From Octopus vulgaris (taxonomy: Eukaryota): a stretch of DNA of 64,000 bases. The DNA is taken from assembly GCA_951406725.2 (NCBI GenBank), contig OX597827.1, forward strand, positions 49,662,001-49,726,000, written 5' to 3'. Under the pieces are notes generated by a model. That model had not been told where the DNA came from. It saw nothing but the letters and a program-made list of their open reading frames with translations, and did no database searches. Shown here piece after piece: positions 13,105-24,604 of this stretch (position 1 is the first letter of the stretch; every line of letters begins with the position of its first letter). A program made the position numbers and the translations under genes.

Positions 13105-13327
13105 CCCTTTAGGGTTCACATTATTCTGCCAAAATTAATGCTTTTTTTTATCCGCATTGTTTTGAACTGATCATGCATTATCTTGTAGCGATGAGATTTT
13201 GAAGAGGTAGCTGTTAATTTTTAAAACAATATTGTGGGGTTGGTGTGAGAGACAAGATCTGACCAGTTTGAACATAAAACAGGCAGAATACTTTTGGCCG
13301 AATATGGCCGGTTTAAATGCTAAAGGG
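13105..13327. mobile_element. piggyBac-type MITE (TTAA TSD)
   Basis: TTAA-CCCTTTAG...CTAAAGGG-TTAA; inverted copy at 39046-39256. Confidence 0.8.
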
Positions 13328-13559
13328 TTAAATGTAAAAGACAGTACTGATGGGGTTTCTAGAGCTGCTGGAGCTGTATCCATTGAAACATCCCATGTTG
13401 GTCCCCTAATATGTGACCTTTTGTGGATGACAAGACTAGTTTTAAGTGTAAAGTGACTAAAATGAATACAAGTGAGATCAGTTCTGCACCCTCTCAAATA
13501 TCATTATACATGTGTATGTATGTAGTATGTATGTATGTATGTATGTTATGTCAGGTCAC

Positions 13560-14105
13560 TTTCAAGTGCTACTGGTAACATGTAACCCAGTACAACCTGT
13601 TGCATGGTCGGGTCGTCGGCAACTAAACCGGCAACCCCACCAAGCTTGCTTGGTGAGGAGGGTGTTTATTGGACACCCTGCAGGATGAAAAACAAAACCC
13701 GTCAAAGGGCGGAGGAACTCTTGAGAGTCAACAGCCATCCAATAAATGTCTTAAGGCTGTATCATGCGCGGGGACATAGAAATAATCGGACTGAATACCC
13801 GAACGTGCGGTTAAAACATTGGGAGTGAAGGACTCCCAGCCTTTGTTAGGGCATCCTTCTAGGAGAAGGTAACTCATGTAACTGGGATAACTCCGACATA
13901 AAACCTGTGACTCAGTGGTTACCGATGATGTTGACTTGTTCTTCTTTTCGGATTATGGCTACTGTTGCTTTGTGAGTGGGATTGACTCAGTGCACAGCCT
14001 TTCCTCACTTAAAAAAAAATCTTCTTGCACAGGCATTGCACGATAACAACATTGATTAAGCTTCGTACAATGGCCATACTCGATAACGAGGGGGCAGCCA
14101 CCATG
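13560..14105. repeat. GC-richer interspersed repeat between (TATG)n tracts, class uncertain
   Basis: Abrupt composition change with (TATG)n at both ends; no credible coding signal. Confidence 0.4.
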
Positions 14106-14129
14106 TATGTATGTATAAAGCTTATTTTT

Positions 14130-14480
14130 TTATCTTTTACTTTTTACTACTGGGGCACTACCATTAGTGTGATTGCTACCTTTTTCAATCTCACTTCCTG
14201 GTTCGTTCTCTTGATTTGGTTTTGGGGAAGCAATGAGCTGGATAACGCAACCCTTTTTTTGCATTTCTTGCAATGTTGTGGGCTCATCTGGTATCCCAGG
14301 TAAAAACTTTTCTAAATGTTTTTTGAACACAGCCCATCAACATCTTGTAGATTTCTGAGATCTTTTGGCAAAGTATTGGAAATCTAGGGACCCTTGAAGC
14401 TGTTATGGCATCAGGTCCTTACTCTAAATGGCAAGGGTGGGATCTTTGGTACTATGCAGTGCCATCCAGTACAGTGTGCA
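14130..14480 (-). mobile_element. CR1/L2-group LINE 3' fragment
   Basis: FKKHLEKFLPGIPDEP and a GP..FQYLPKDLRN-like motif on the - strand. Confidence 0.6.
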
Positions 14481-15064
14481 TGTACGACAAAGTGCAAATG
14501 GAGTGAGATAAAAGTTGAGCATCAGAGGAATCAAATGTAGCATGCAAGAGAGAAGGCTTCATCATCACCATCATCATCATCATCATCATTATCATTTAAC
14601 ATGGAGGGGAATCCATGTCAGAGGATGAAAGGCTAGAGGATGACAAAGAGACAGAGAGGCAGAAACAGGTGTCTTTCCACAATGGAGAGGCCACTGGAGT
14701 AGGCAGTCCAGCACCAGATGATAAAAGGGAGGTAGAAACACGTGTTCTGCTACAGAAGAGGCACATGGCCACCCTGCAAGAGAGTGAGAAAAACATGGGA
14801 AGAGAAAGAATTTCAGAGGACAGCTGTTTTAGTGATGAAGGTTTGGGGTTTGTAACTGATAAACTGAGTGGTATTCAGATGGTAAGTTTAGAGGAACATG
14901 AGCCATTGTGATAATAGTACAGGAGTCAATACAAAGACATATTACTTCACTGTGCTTTTTGGTTGCAGTGTGTTAATGTGTAAAGTTTTGCCAGTAAGTA
15001 GTCTGGTCTTTCATTAAGGACATGGTCAAGAACACTTGTGCATATGAAAGAAGCACCATCTCTT

Positions 15065-15425
15065 CATCATCATCATCACCATCATCGTTTAACGTCCGCT
15101 TTCCATGCTAGCATGGGTTGGACGGTTCGACTGGGATCTGGGAAGCCAGGAGGCTGCACCAGGCTCCAGTCTGATCTGGCAGTGTTTCTACAGCTGGATG
15201 CCCTTCCAAACGCCAACCACTCCGTGAGTGTAGTGGGTACTTTTTATGTGCCAGGTGAGGCTGGCAACGTCCACGATCAGTTGGTGCTTTTTACGTGCCA
15301 CCTGCACGGAGGCCAGTCGGGGTGGCACTGGCAATGGCCATGTTCGGATGGTCCTTTTACGTGCCACCGGCACTGGTACCACAACTACAATTTCCATTGA
15401 TTTTTGAGCGATTTCGATTTCGATT
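15065..15425 (-). mobile_element. RTE-type 3' end repeat
   Basis: (CAT)n-cgtttaacgtccgctttccatgctagcatgggttggacgg head shared with 8665. Confidence 0.75.
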
Positions 15426-17577
15426 TGTACGTGAAAAATAATTTAGTGTGATACATATATTTTGAACTTTGAATAGAACCTACTAAACTTCATAGCTGAA
15501 GTAGTTGCTCAAATATACATTAATATCGTTAGCTGTATCTAAGGACTATTTAATATTTGATATCAGTAAAAGCAAATATAATTTATCAAGATTGTCGTGT
15601 AACTTTGTAGAAGTAAATATGTATACATATTATATTTTATGTGTGCATATATGTTGTTGTTAGCCTTGGCTAAACCCTGATCAAGCGGTCCTATGATCAA
15701 AACATACCTATCTTTATGTATATCAAAAATTACGACATTGTTCAAGCAAGATGCGATTTGAGGGAAATTTGGCTGCTTTTTCTACTAGGTCAGACACTTA
15801 ACATCTCAGATGACTTTGCTTCTCATTCTTTCAGTATCAATGATATATGTACCTGTCAAGTACTGTGTCAATCTAAAAAAGTTATATTCTTTCTAAAGAA
15901 ATCATGACTTTGTACCCATATTAGAAATCAATAATTGGAAAGTACAAATCTATCCCACCTGAAAATACACCAAAATGTCTCTCTTATCAGTTAATCCATG
16001 AATAAATCATCTAGATAGATTTTCTGATGATTAATGTCTGTCTGTTGGGTCTTCTTCAATCCATTAATCTCTCTCTTAAGTGAGATTAACTATTTCCTAC
16101 TTTAACTGTCATAAAGTCAGAGAGGTCAAGACAGCCTGCAATTAAAAACCAAACCTTCTTTGACAGGTTTTATGTTTCCTTCAAAACTAGCTTTTCTTTG
16201 TCTCTTCTGTTTGAATACCACGTGTTTCATAAGTCCATCAGTGTTTGGAATATAAAGCATGCTTAAATACTTCCTTATTTATGAGATACCCTACATAGTA
16301 ATAGCTGACCCAAATAACGAAATGTCCGGTTGGACCCCTTCTATATCATTGGTAATATTACACATCTTCCAGGTTGAACCAAGGTATTTAGTTTCTGGCC
16401 TTATACCTCAATTTAGTGGGGAGAGGGCAAAACATCATGACCATATTTCCTCCATTTATTTCTGCTTGCTGCCATTGTGTTGAGTTCAGTTTGTTATGAC
16501 ATTGACACCCCTTTAAGATCTGGTTTCCCCATTTACCATCAGAGAATTCTCAGTTTCTCTCTCCCCACCCAGTTTTTCCATTAGACTCCAACCAAGTTAA
16601 AACCGAACATCGCCTCCATTTATCAAATAGAAGAGTGTGCAAAGAACTTAGACTCTGCCACACCTTCCAACTAAATCATAAAAGAAAATGACTGCAACAC
16701 TAAAGAAGAAATGAGCATTTTCATTATAGTTGTTTAGTTTCAGGTCAAGCCTTAGCTGAACAGTAAGCCGCTTTCAAAAATGATCACTCAGCCTGCTAGA
16801 AATAGTAGCCAAATCTCTGTGAAATTAGACTTTAACATCTTTAGATAGCAAAGTAGTAGAATCATTAGAGCATCAGATTAAATGCTTTTTGATATTTATT
16901 TCAGCTCCGAGTGTTCTAAGTTCAAGTCCCATCAAGGTCAACTTTGTCATTCTTGCCTTTGAGATTAATGAATAAAGCAGCAATGTAAGGTGGTTTTGAA
17001 GGCCATGAAAAGGATCTTGGGCACGGGGGGGGGGGGGAAGAAGAAAGGGAGTGGAGACATATGGGATAACATAATCCTTGCTAACGTAGTCTTGTAAACA
17101 TAATGAGCCTTTGATTTATAGGTCAGCTTTATCAGATCTCAACTTGTACAAAATGATGAGGTTGAAAAACAAATAATTAATGTTGTTGAAGCAACATAAA
17201 TGACTGGAGAGAAACTGGTTCTCACATTACTGTCACTGTTGTAGCAAAGGAAGCTCCTGAATAAATAAAACAAAACATAAGGGTATCCCGTAGATACCCA
17301 TATATATATATATGTACATGTTTGTACACATTTAGGTATGCAAGTAGGTAAGTATTCATTCATTTTTTTTTTGTGTCTTGGAAACAAAGAAGTGAATGGT
17401 TTTCCGTTTTCTACGTACTCTGTAAATGAGGTAAGACAGGATGGTCATGGCTAGAGTCCTTTGACCTTAGATTTGCTTTACCAGAGCTTGCCTAAGGCTA
17501 AACAATATCATTACCATGGAAGTTAGGAATTAAAAAATAAAATAAAAAAAATAAAATTTTTCATTTTTTAACAAATA

Positions 17578-17614
<37 letters not shown>

Positions 17615-17899
17615 AAGAGAGAGTGAGAGAGAGAATGTGATTGTGTCTATTCTTTGCAGGAGGGAAACATTTCTACACAGGAGGCATAAAAAGAGCTCAC
17701 TGATGATACAAAAATGTCTTAGGGAGGTAAAAATGGTGTGTGTGTGTGTTATACAAGTCCATATTATGTGACAATAAGAAATTAAAAAAAGTGTGTGTGT
17801 GTGTGTATGTGTGTGTGTGTGTGCGCACGCGTGTATGTGTGTGGGTTTGTTTATTCATACTGAAGGTTTGATCATAAACTATCGGGACTAGTGTTATAT

Positions 17900-18279
17900 G
17901 GAAGCACTCCATCGGTTACGACGACGAGGGTTCCAGTTGATCCGATCAACGGAACAGCCTACTCGTGAAATTAACGTGTAAGTGGCTGACCACTTCACAA
18001 ACACGTGTACCCTTAACGTAGTTCTTGGGGATATTCAGCGTGACACAGAGAGTGACAAGGCCGGCCCTTTGAAATACAGGTACAACAGAAACAGGAAGTA
18101 AGAGTGAGTGAAAGTTGTGGTGAAAGAGTACAGCAGGGATCACCACCATCCCTGCCGGAGCCTCATGGAGCTTTAGGTGTTTTCGCTCAATAAACACTCA
18201 CAATGCCCGGTGTGGGAATTGAAACCGCGATCCTACGATCGCGAGTCCGTTGCCCTAACCACTGGGCCATTGCGCCTCC
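17900..18279 (-). mobile_element. tRNA-derived SINE with family C-like head and a different tail
   Basis: - strand head GGAGGCGCAATGGCCCAGTGGTTAGGGC; TSD ACTAGTGTTATAT. Confidence 0.85.
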
Positions 18280-18317
18280 ACTAGTGTTATATAAAGAAAA
18301 CTACAACATTTATCAGT

Positions 18318-18660
18318 TCACCATTTAATCTCCTTTGAAGGTTGTCCCCTTTTCAAGCTACACACTTTATCCAGTATCATTTCCATTGATGGAAGCATAC
18401 CTAGAACTCCTTTTTTTTTTGGATAATGAGCAACTGCTTTGTGACATTCTCTTAGGTTTCCTTGACATCTTGAAATCTTGTGAAGACTGAGCCTTGGCTT
18501 CAGAGTCATAGCCACAGGACACAAGATTCATCACCTGTTATGACCACTTTCCAAAGTTTTCATCATCTCCAAAACCCAATCTCCTTTTTGAGATGACCAC
18601 ACTCAGCACACTTTACTTCCAAGCACTGCTATAAACTACAGAAGTGAGCAAAAACATTAC
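18318..18660 (-). mobile_element. Mariner transposase remnant
   Basis: - strand VITGDES..GYDSEAKAQSSQ resembles the mariner ITGDE.W.YGYDPETK.QS.QW motif. Confidence 0.55.
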
Positions 18661-18800
18661 AACTTAATGTGCATGTGCACCTGAGCAGTTGTGGTGCACC
18701 TGAGCACTGTATACAATAATTTAATTATTATTATTAATATTATTATCAGAGTTCAAGGTCAATCTGTGCCAAACAGCTTCACTCTGCATTCTTTAGCTCT

Positions 18801-18814
18801 GTTACCATAGCAAC
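18801..18814. promoter_or_regulatory. RFX X-box motif GTTACCATAGCAAC
   Basis: Matches the GTTNCCATRGYAAC consensus, in a short apparently unique stretch about 2.7 kb upstream of the FANK1 copy A ATG. Confidence 0.4.
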
Positions 18815-19056
18815 TGTCCCAAGACTTTTGGATCAGACCTTATATATATATGTCTGTATATACAGACACATATATAGGATGTTTATAAAATGCAAAAAAA
18901 CAAAAAACAATTATATTTTATATATATATGTTATGTATTATATGAATTATATTTATATTATTTGTTATTATTTATGTATTGATTTATCTCTATCACTGTT
19001 TGTGTTGCCTAAGAGTAGTTTTATCTCTAATTCATATTTTATATATATATATATAT

Positions 19057-19096
<40 letters not shown>

Positions 19097-19190
19097 TGTA
19101 TATATCTTCCCTTTTTTCCTGAGCGCCCAATAATACTTTATTTGTTCCACATCCTCGCGTTGTTGTCTTTTTGTTTTCTTGTTTGGATTA

Positions 19191-19233
<43 letters not shown>

Positions 19234-19901
19234 CTATTCTATTTTATATATATGTATGTACATACACAAATACATATGTATATATATTTGTATATTTGTG
19301 TGTGTATATATCCATATACACACATATATGCACACACACATGGAACAATTGCTAAGTGCTATTAATTTCACAACTAAATGCTCATCATTGATCCACATAC
19401 TTAGCATATAGGAGATTCCCCCATCAGTCTCAACGGTGAGCATTCACTCATGAAATTTACGTGTTAGCTAAGTATTAGACATGTACACTCAACATAAATC
19501 ACCAGCCAAATCAACATGAATCAATGACAGAGTTTCACTTTTGAATTACAAAATACATGCAATTCCGAAAGAAAAAGAGGATAATATAGACCTTAGTGAC
19601 ATGATTTTATTCATTGATCCTGAATGGATGAAAGGCAACGTTGACTTCAGCAGGATTTTACCTATGAGGCACAGAGAACAGGAATGAATATCACAATATT
19701 CAATGTTCTACTGACTTAGCAAATAGGCCTTTTCACACACACACACACACACACTCATTTGCATTCTTCAGCACTGTCGCTAAGCCCCTGCAACTCCTGC
19801 GGCCGCAGGGGGGCCTCCGCAGTTGAGGGGGCCCCATGTTTAGATCAAAGTACATAGATGAGTCATCTATTTACTTTGGTTATGATGTTGAACAAGAATT
19901 A

Positions 19902-20353
19902 GGATCTTTTCTTTTTGAAGGCCAGATTTTTACAATACTATTAACACTCCACGCACAAACTCGAGACCGATTTAGGCATATTATTGTTTTGTTTTTGTTG
20001 TTTCTGGCCCTTCAAAACCATGGGAGAAGCCTTTTCGGTAAAAAGAAAGAAAGAAAATATTCAAAAAATATCGATAATATTTTTATTGGGCGACGAAATT
20101 AATCGATTTAAGAGATATAGCTGTTATTTCTAGCACATGTAGAAGACAGAAGAAGAGGTAAATAATTTGAGCTCGAATGCTGCAATTTCATTGGTTAAAA
20201 TTCTTAAAATTAAACTACGTTTAAGTTACGAATTACAATTTTGTTTTCAATTTTGTTTACAATAATGTTTTCTTTTGACACATTCTACCAGTATACGAAG
20301 TTTCAAATTTTTTGGTTTACTAGGAAAATCTGGCCTTCAAAAAGAAAAGATCC
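19902..20353. mobile_element. MITE with GGATCTTTT termini and 8-bp TSD
   Basis: TIRs GGATCTTTTCTTTTTGAAGGCCAGATTTT / AAAATCTGGCCTTCAAAAAGAAAAGATCC; TSD AAGAATTA on both sides. Confidence 0.85.
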
Positions 20354-20781
20354 AAGAATTAAACTATCGGACAAACTAAAAAAAATTAAAAAAAAAGAAA
20401 TAGGAATTTATGTAAGATCTTTGGCTCTCCCTAGCCCTGAACGTAGTATTAGCTGACAATGAACCATGACAAGTTGGGGGGACGTTGAGCGTGATCAGAC
20501 CTGTCCAACACATTGGCATAGGACAAACGAACATAAAACGCTGATGCTCACACCACATCTCTATTACTGTGTATATGTGTGTGTGCGTGTGTATGCGGAT
20601 GTATGTATGTTTTGTGTCTATAATGGTAATTGACGTCACACACACACAAGAAGGTTCATTCCGTCACTAGTCAAAGTTTCTTGCTCAGAGAAACTTTGGG
20701 TAGCGACAGAATTGATCATCTGCTTCGGGCGAATAAACCCTACGTGTATTGATTACTTCCCCTACCGTTTTATAACCCTAA

Positions 20782-21258
20782 TGTGTGTGTGTGTGCGTGC
20801 GTGTGTATGTGTGTGAGTATGATAGAGAGAAAGAGAGAGAAGAGGGTGAGACAAGGAAGGAGTGTGTGTATATGCGTGCGCGCGTGTGTTCGTATGTGTT
20901 TACGTGTGTATTTGTGAGTGTGCATGCGTGTGTGTGTGTGTGTGTGTGTGCGTGTGAGTATGATAGAGAGAAAGAGAGAGAAGAGGGTGAGAGAAGGAAG
21001 GAATGTGTGTGTATATGCGTGTGTTCGTATGTGTTTACGTGTGTATTTGTGAGTGTGCATGCGTGTGTGTGTGTGCGTGTGTGCGTGCGTGTGTATGTGT
21101 GTATGATAGAGAGAAAGAGAGAGAAGAGGGTGAGAGAAGGAAGGAATGTGTGTATATATGCGTGTGCGCGTGTGTTCGTATATGTTTACGTGTGTATTTG
21201 TGAGTGTGCATGCGCGCGTGTGTGTGTGTGTTTGTGTATGTGTGTGTGTGCATGCGTG
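20782..21258. repeat. Three-copy, about 140-bp compound tandem repeat upstream of FANK1 exon 1
   Basis: Unit GTATGATAGAGAGAAAGAGAGAGAAGAGGGTGAGA...GTTCGTATGTGTTTACGTGTGTATTTGTGAGTGTGCATGC at about 20816, 20957 and 21101. Confidence 0.85.
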
Positions 21259-21503
21259 TTTACATATGCGGATATGTCAGCGAGCTATCAGTGCGTGCGT
21301 AAGAAACCACGTGTGGAGCGGATTTGTCATTAACTGTCAGTCGTGTCACGGTTCAGTTTTAGACTTGCGGGTGTTCCTAGAGTACCCGGCTTTACAGGGG
21401 GGAGAAGAAAAAAATACTAGTAGTGACTGTCATCTTAGCCATTCACTCAGTCACCATAAGAGTTCTTATACTCTTGTTGGTGGATATTATCCCGTACCCT
21501 GTA

Positions 21504-21513
21504 ATGTCAGCAG
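21504..21513 (+). CDS. FANK1: FANK1 copy A exon 1 coding part (ATG TCA GCA G)
   Basis: ATG followed by consensus donor CAG|GTAAGT in phase 1, matching exon 2. The context TACCCTGTAATG is shared with the paralog's start at 58109-58120. Confidence 0.8.
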
Positions 21514-22304
21514 GTAAGTCGTGTTTATATTAATTACGGTAGTTTTGTATCTTATATCTCTTTTACTCTTTTACTTGTTTCAGTCATTTGACTACTGTGG
21601 CCATGCTGGAGCACCGCCTTTAGTCGAGCAAATCGACCCCCAGGACTTATTCTTTGTGAGCCTAGTACTTATTCTATCGGTCTTATTTTAACCGAACCGC
21701 TAAGTTACGGGGAGGTAAACACACCAGCATCGGTAGTCAAGCGATGTTGTGTGTGTGTGTGGGGGGAGGGGACAAGCACAGACACACAAACATATACACA
21801 TACACACACATATATACATGTATATACATATATATACGACGGGCTTCTTTCAGTTTCTGTCTACTAAATCCACTCACAAGGCTTTGGTCGGCCCGAGGCT
21901 ATATAATAGAAGACACTTGCCCAAGGTGCCATGCAGTGGGAATGAACCCGGAACCATGTGGTTGGTAAACAAGCTACTTACCACACAGCCACTCCTACGC
22001 CTATCTCATAAACAGTTATCTTATCTCAGGTGAGAAAACATTGTAAGATTTCTTAGCATTTCTCTTGGAGATTAACTTTAAGATGTCACTTTCACTTTTT
22101 GTTGGTCTGTAGTTTAAGTGTTGTTTTGTTAGGACGGCCGGTGAAGAATTTCTTCCCCACTACACACACACACACACACACTTTTTTTTTTCTTTTTCTG
22201 AAATCACACCTCTGGCCCACTTGCTTGTCTTAGGCTTGAATATTTCTTACGTTGTTGTTCATTTGTGTATGCGTGTGTGTGTGTATTTATATATGCATAT
22301 GTAT

Positions 22305-22338
<34 letters not shown>

Positions 22339-22477
22339 GATCGTTTATAGAAATGCATAGATCTGGAGGAGAAGTACACTCTGAAATGTAGAGCAGTTAA
22401 TATTATAGTGGGGTAGGCCGGTTTATGGGGTTACCCCGAGTGATAACCCGGGGTAATCCCATAAACCAGCCTACCCC

Positions 22478-22530
<53 letters not shown>

Positions 22531-22563
22531 CGGGAAGCTTTATGAAAATAGACAAAAGACGTA

Positions 22564-22599
<36 letters not shown>

Positions 22600-22631
22600 T
22601 GTATGTATGTATGTATGTATGTATGTATGTA

Positions 22632-22679
<48 letters not shown>

Positions 22680-24573
22680 TGTGTGTGTGTGTGACAATCT
22701 TTCGGTATTCATACATGACTTCAAGCGGCGAGCTGGCAGAATCGTTAGCACACCGGGCGAAATGCTTAGCGGTATTTCGTCTGCCGTTACGTTGTGAGTT
22801 CAAATTCCGCCGAGGTCGACTTTGCCTTTCATCCTTTCGGGGTCGATAAATTAAGCACCAGTTACGCACTAGGGTCGATGTAATCGACTTAATACCTATG
22901 TCTGTCCTTGTTTGTCCTCTCTGTGTTTAGCCCCTTGTGGGTAATAAAGAAATAGAAATAGGTATTTCGTCTGCCGTTATGTTCTGAGTTCAAATTCCGC
23001 CGAGGTCGACTTTGCCTTTCATCCTTTCGGGGTCAATTAAATAAGTACCAGTTACGCACTGGGATCGATATAATCGACTTAATCCGTTTGTCTATCCTTG
23101 TTTGTCCTCTCTGTGTTTAGCCCCTTGTGGGTAGTAAAGAAATAGGAAAGTTTTACCTGTGTCCGATAATTTACGAAAAAGTTTTTTTTAAAATTTTTTT
23201 CATGGGCTGAGGATGAGCCGACATTGTCTTTGGTCTGCATGAGTGCTGAACAAACAAACAAACAGACACACACACACATACATACACACGCTTTGCCTAC
23301 ATATATATATATAAAACGACAACATCAATATAAAAAATAAACAACAACGCAAAAGCCGATACACACACCTAAAGTTAAGTGGCTGCAGGTACGACTTCAC
23401 CGGCCGCTAAATAAAATGACACCAAACTGCTGGTTGGCAAAAGTGAAAGTAATACTCTAAATTCAAATATCGCCTTTCTTTTCAATACTAACTTTATTAA
23501 TGAATGCTTTTGTCTCTGACTCGACCAGATAACAAGTCGCTATATTATCAATCGACCTGCTAGAAATAGCAAGCAAATTTCCTAAAAACTTCATTCAATC
23601 TCCTTAAAAAAGGGATATGGTATACCTAAAAAGGCGGTGAGCTGGCAGAAACGTCAGCACGCCGGGCGAAATGCGTAGCCGTATCTCGTCTGCCGTTGCG
23701 TTCTAAGTTCAAATTCCGCCGAGGTCGACTTTGCCTTTCATCCTTTCGGGGTCGATAAATTAAGTACTAGTTACACACTGGGGTCGATGTAATCGACTTA
23801 ATACCTATGTCTGTCCTTGTTTGTCCCCTCTATGTTTAGCCCCTTGTGGGTAATATAGAAATAGGTATACCTAAATAGACGGCCTTACAGGCCAGGATCA
23901 ATATCAAAATTTCTAAAAAGACGATGAGCACGGCAGGAACGTCTTTCATCCTAGGTCTGCTGGGTCAGTGCAGATCTGGGACCGCACAACAGCGATTTTT
24001 TAAACACTGTCTACATTTATTTAGTTGTTGATAATATAAGCTGAAATTTGAAAAGTAGAGAGCAGTCGATTCTGTCGACTCAGTACCTCTGAAAGCCAAC
24101 CTCGGCGAAGCGGTTAGCGACGTAACACTGGGTGTGCAGCATGTGCAGACCACATAGGGTCGCTATTTTATATACGTGCATTTACTACTAGCGAACAGTG
24201 AGAGAGTAATGTGTGAAAGAGAGAGATAACTGAAATTTTTTACTTGGTGTATGTGTCTATGTATGTATGTGTGTATGTGTGTGTGTGTATGTATGTGTGT
24301 ATGTATCTATGTATGTGTGTGTGTATGTATGTATGGCCGATTCAGTGTACACTGAATCGGCCATACATACATACACACATACATACATAGATACATACAC
24401 ACATACATACACACACACACATACATGCATACATACATATACACATACACCAAGTAAAAAAATTTCAGTTATCTCTCTCTTTCACACATTACTCTCTCTG
24501 TCTCTTCACACACACTAACAGAAGCACTTCACTTACACAACATACTGTCTGTCTCCCACACCCCATCAAACAC

Positions 24574-24604
<31 letters not shown>

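Noticed and set aside
14615-14911. 98-aa acidic ORF (MSEDERLEDDKETERQ...)
   Set aside because: Follows a (CAT)n tract, is GA-rich and repeat-like, and has no recognisable domain or splice context.
20770-22869. Many Cys/Val/Tyr/His/Thr-rich ORFs here and throughout the window
   Set aside because: Translations of (TG)n, (TA)n and (TATG)n microsatellites and SINEs.
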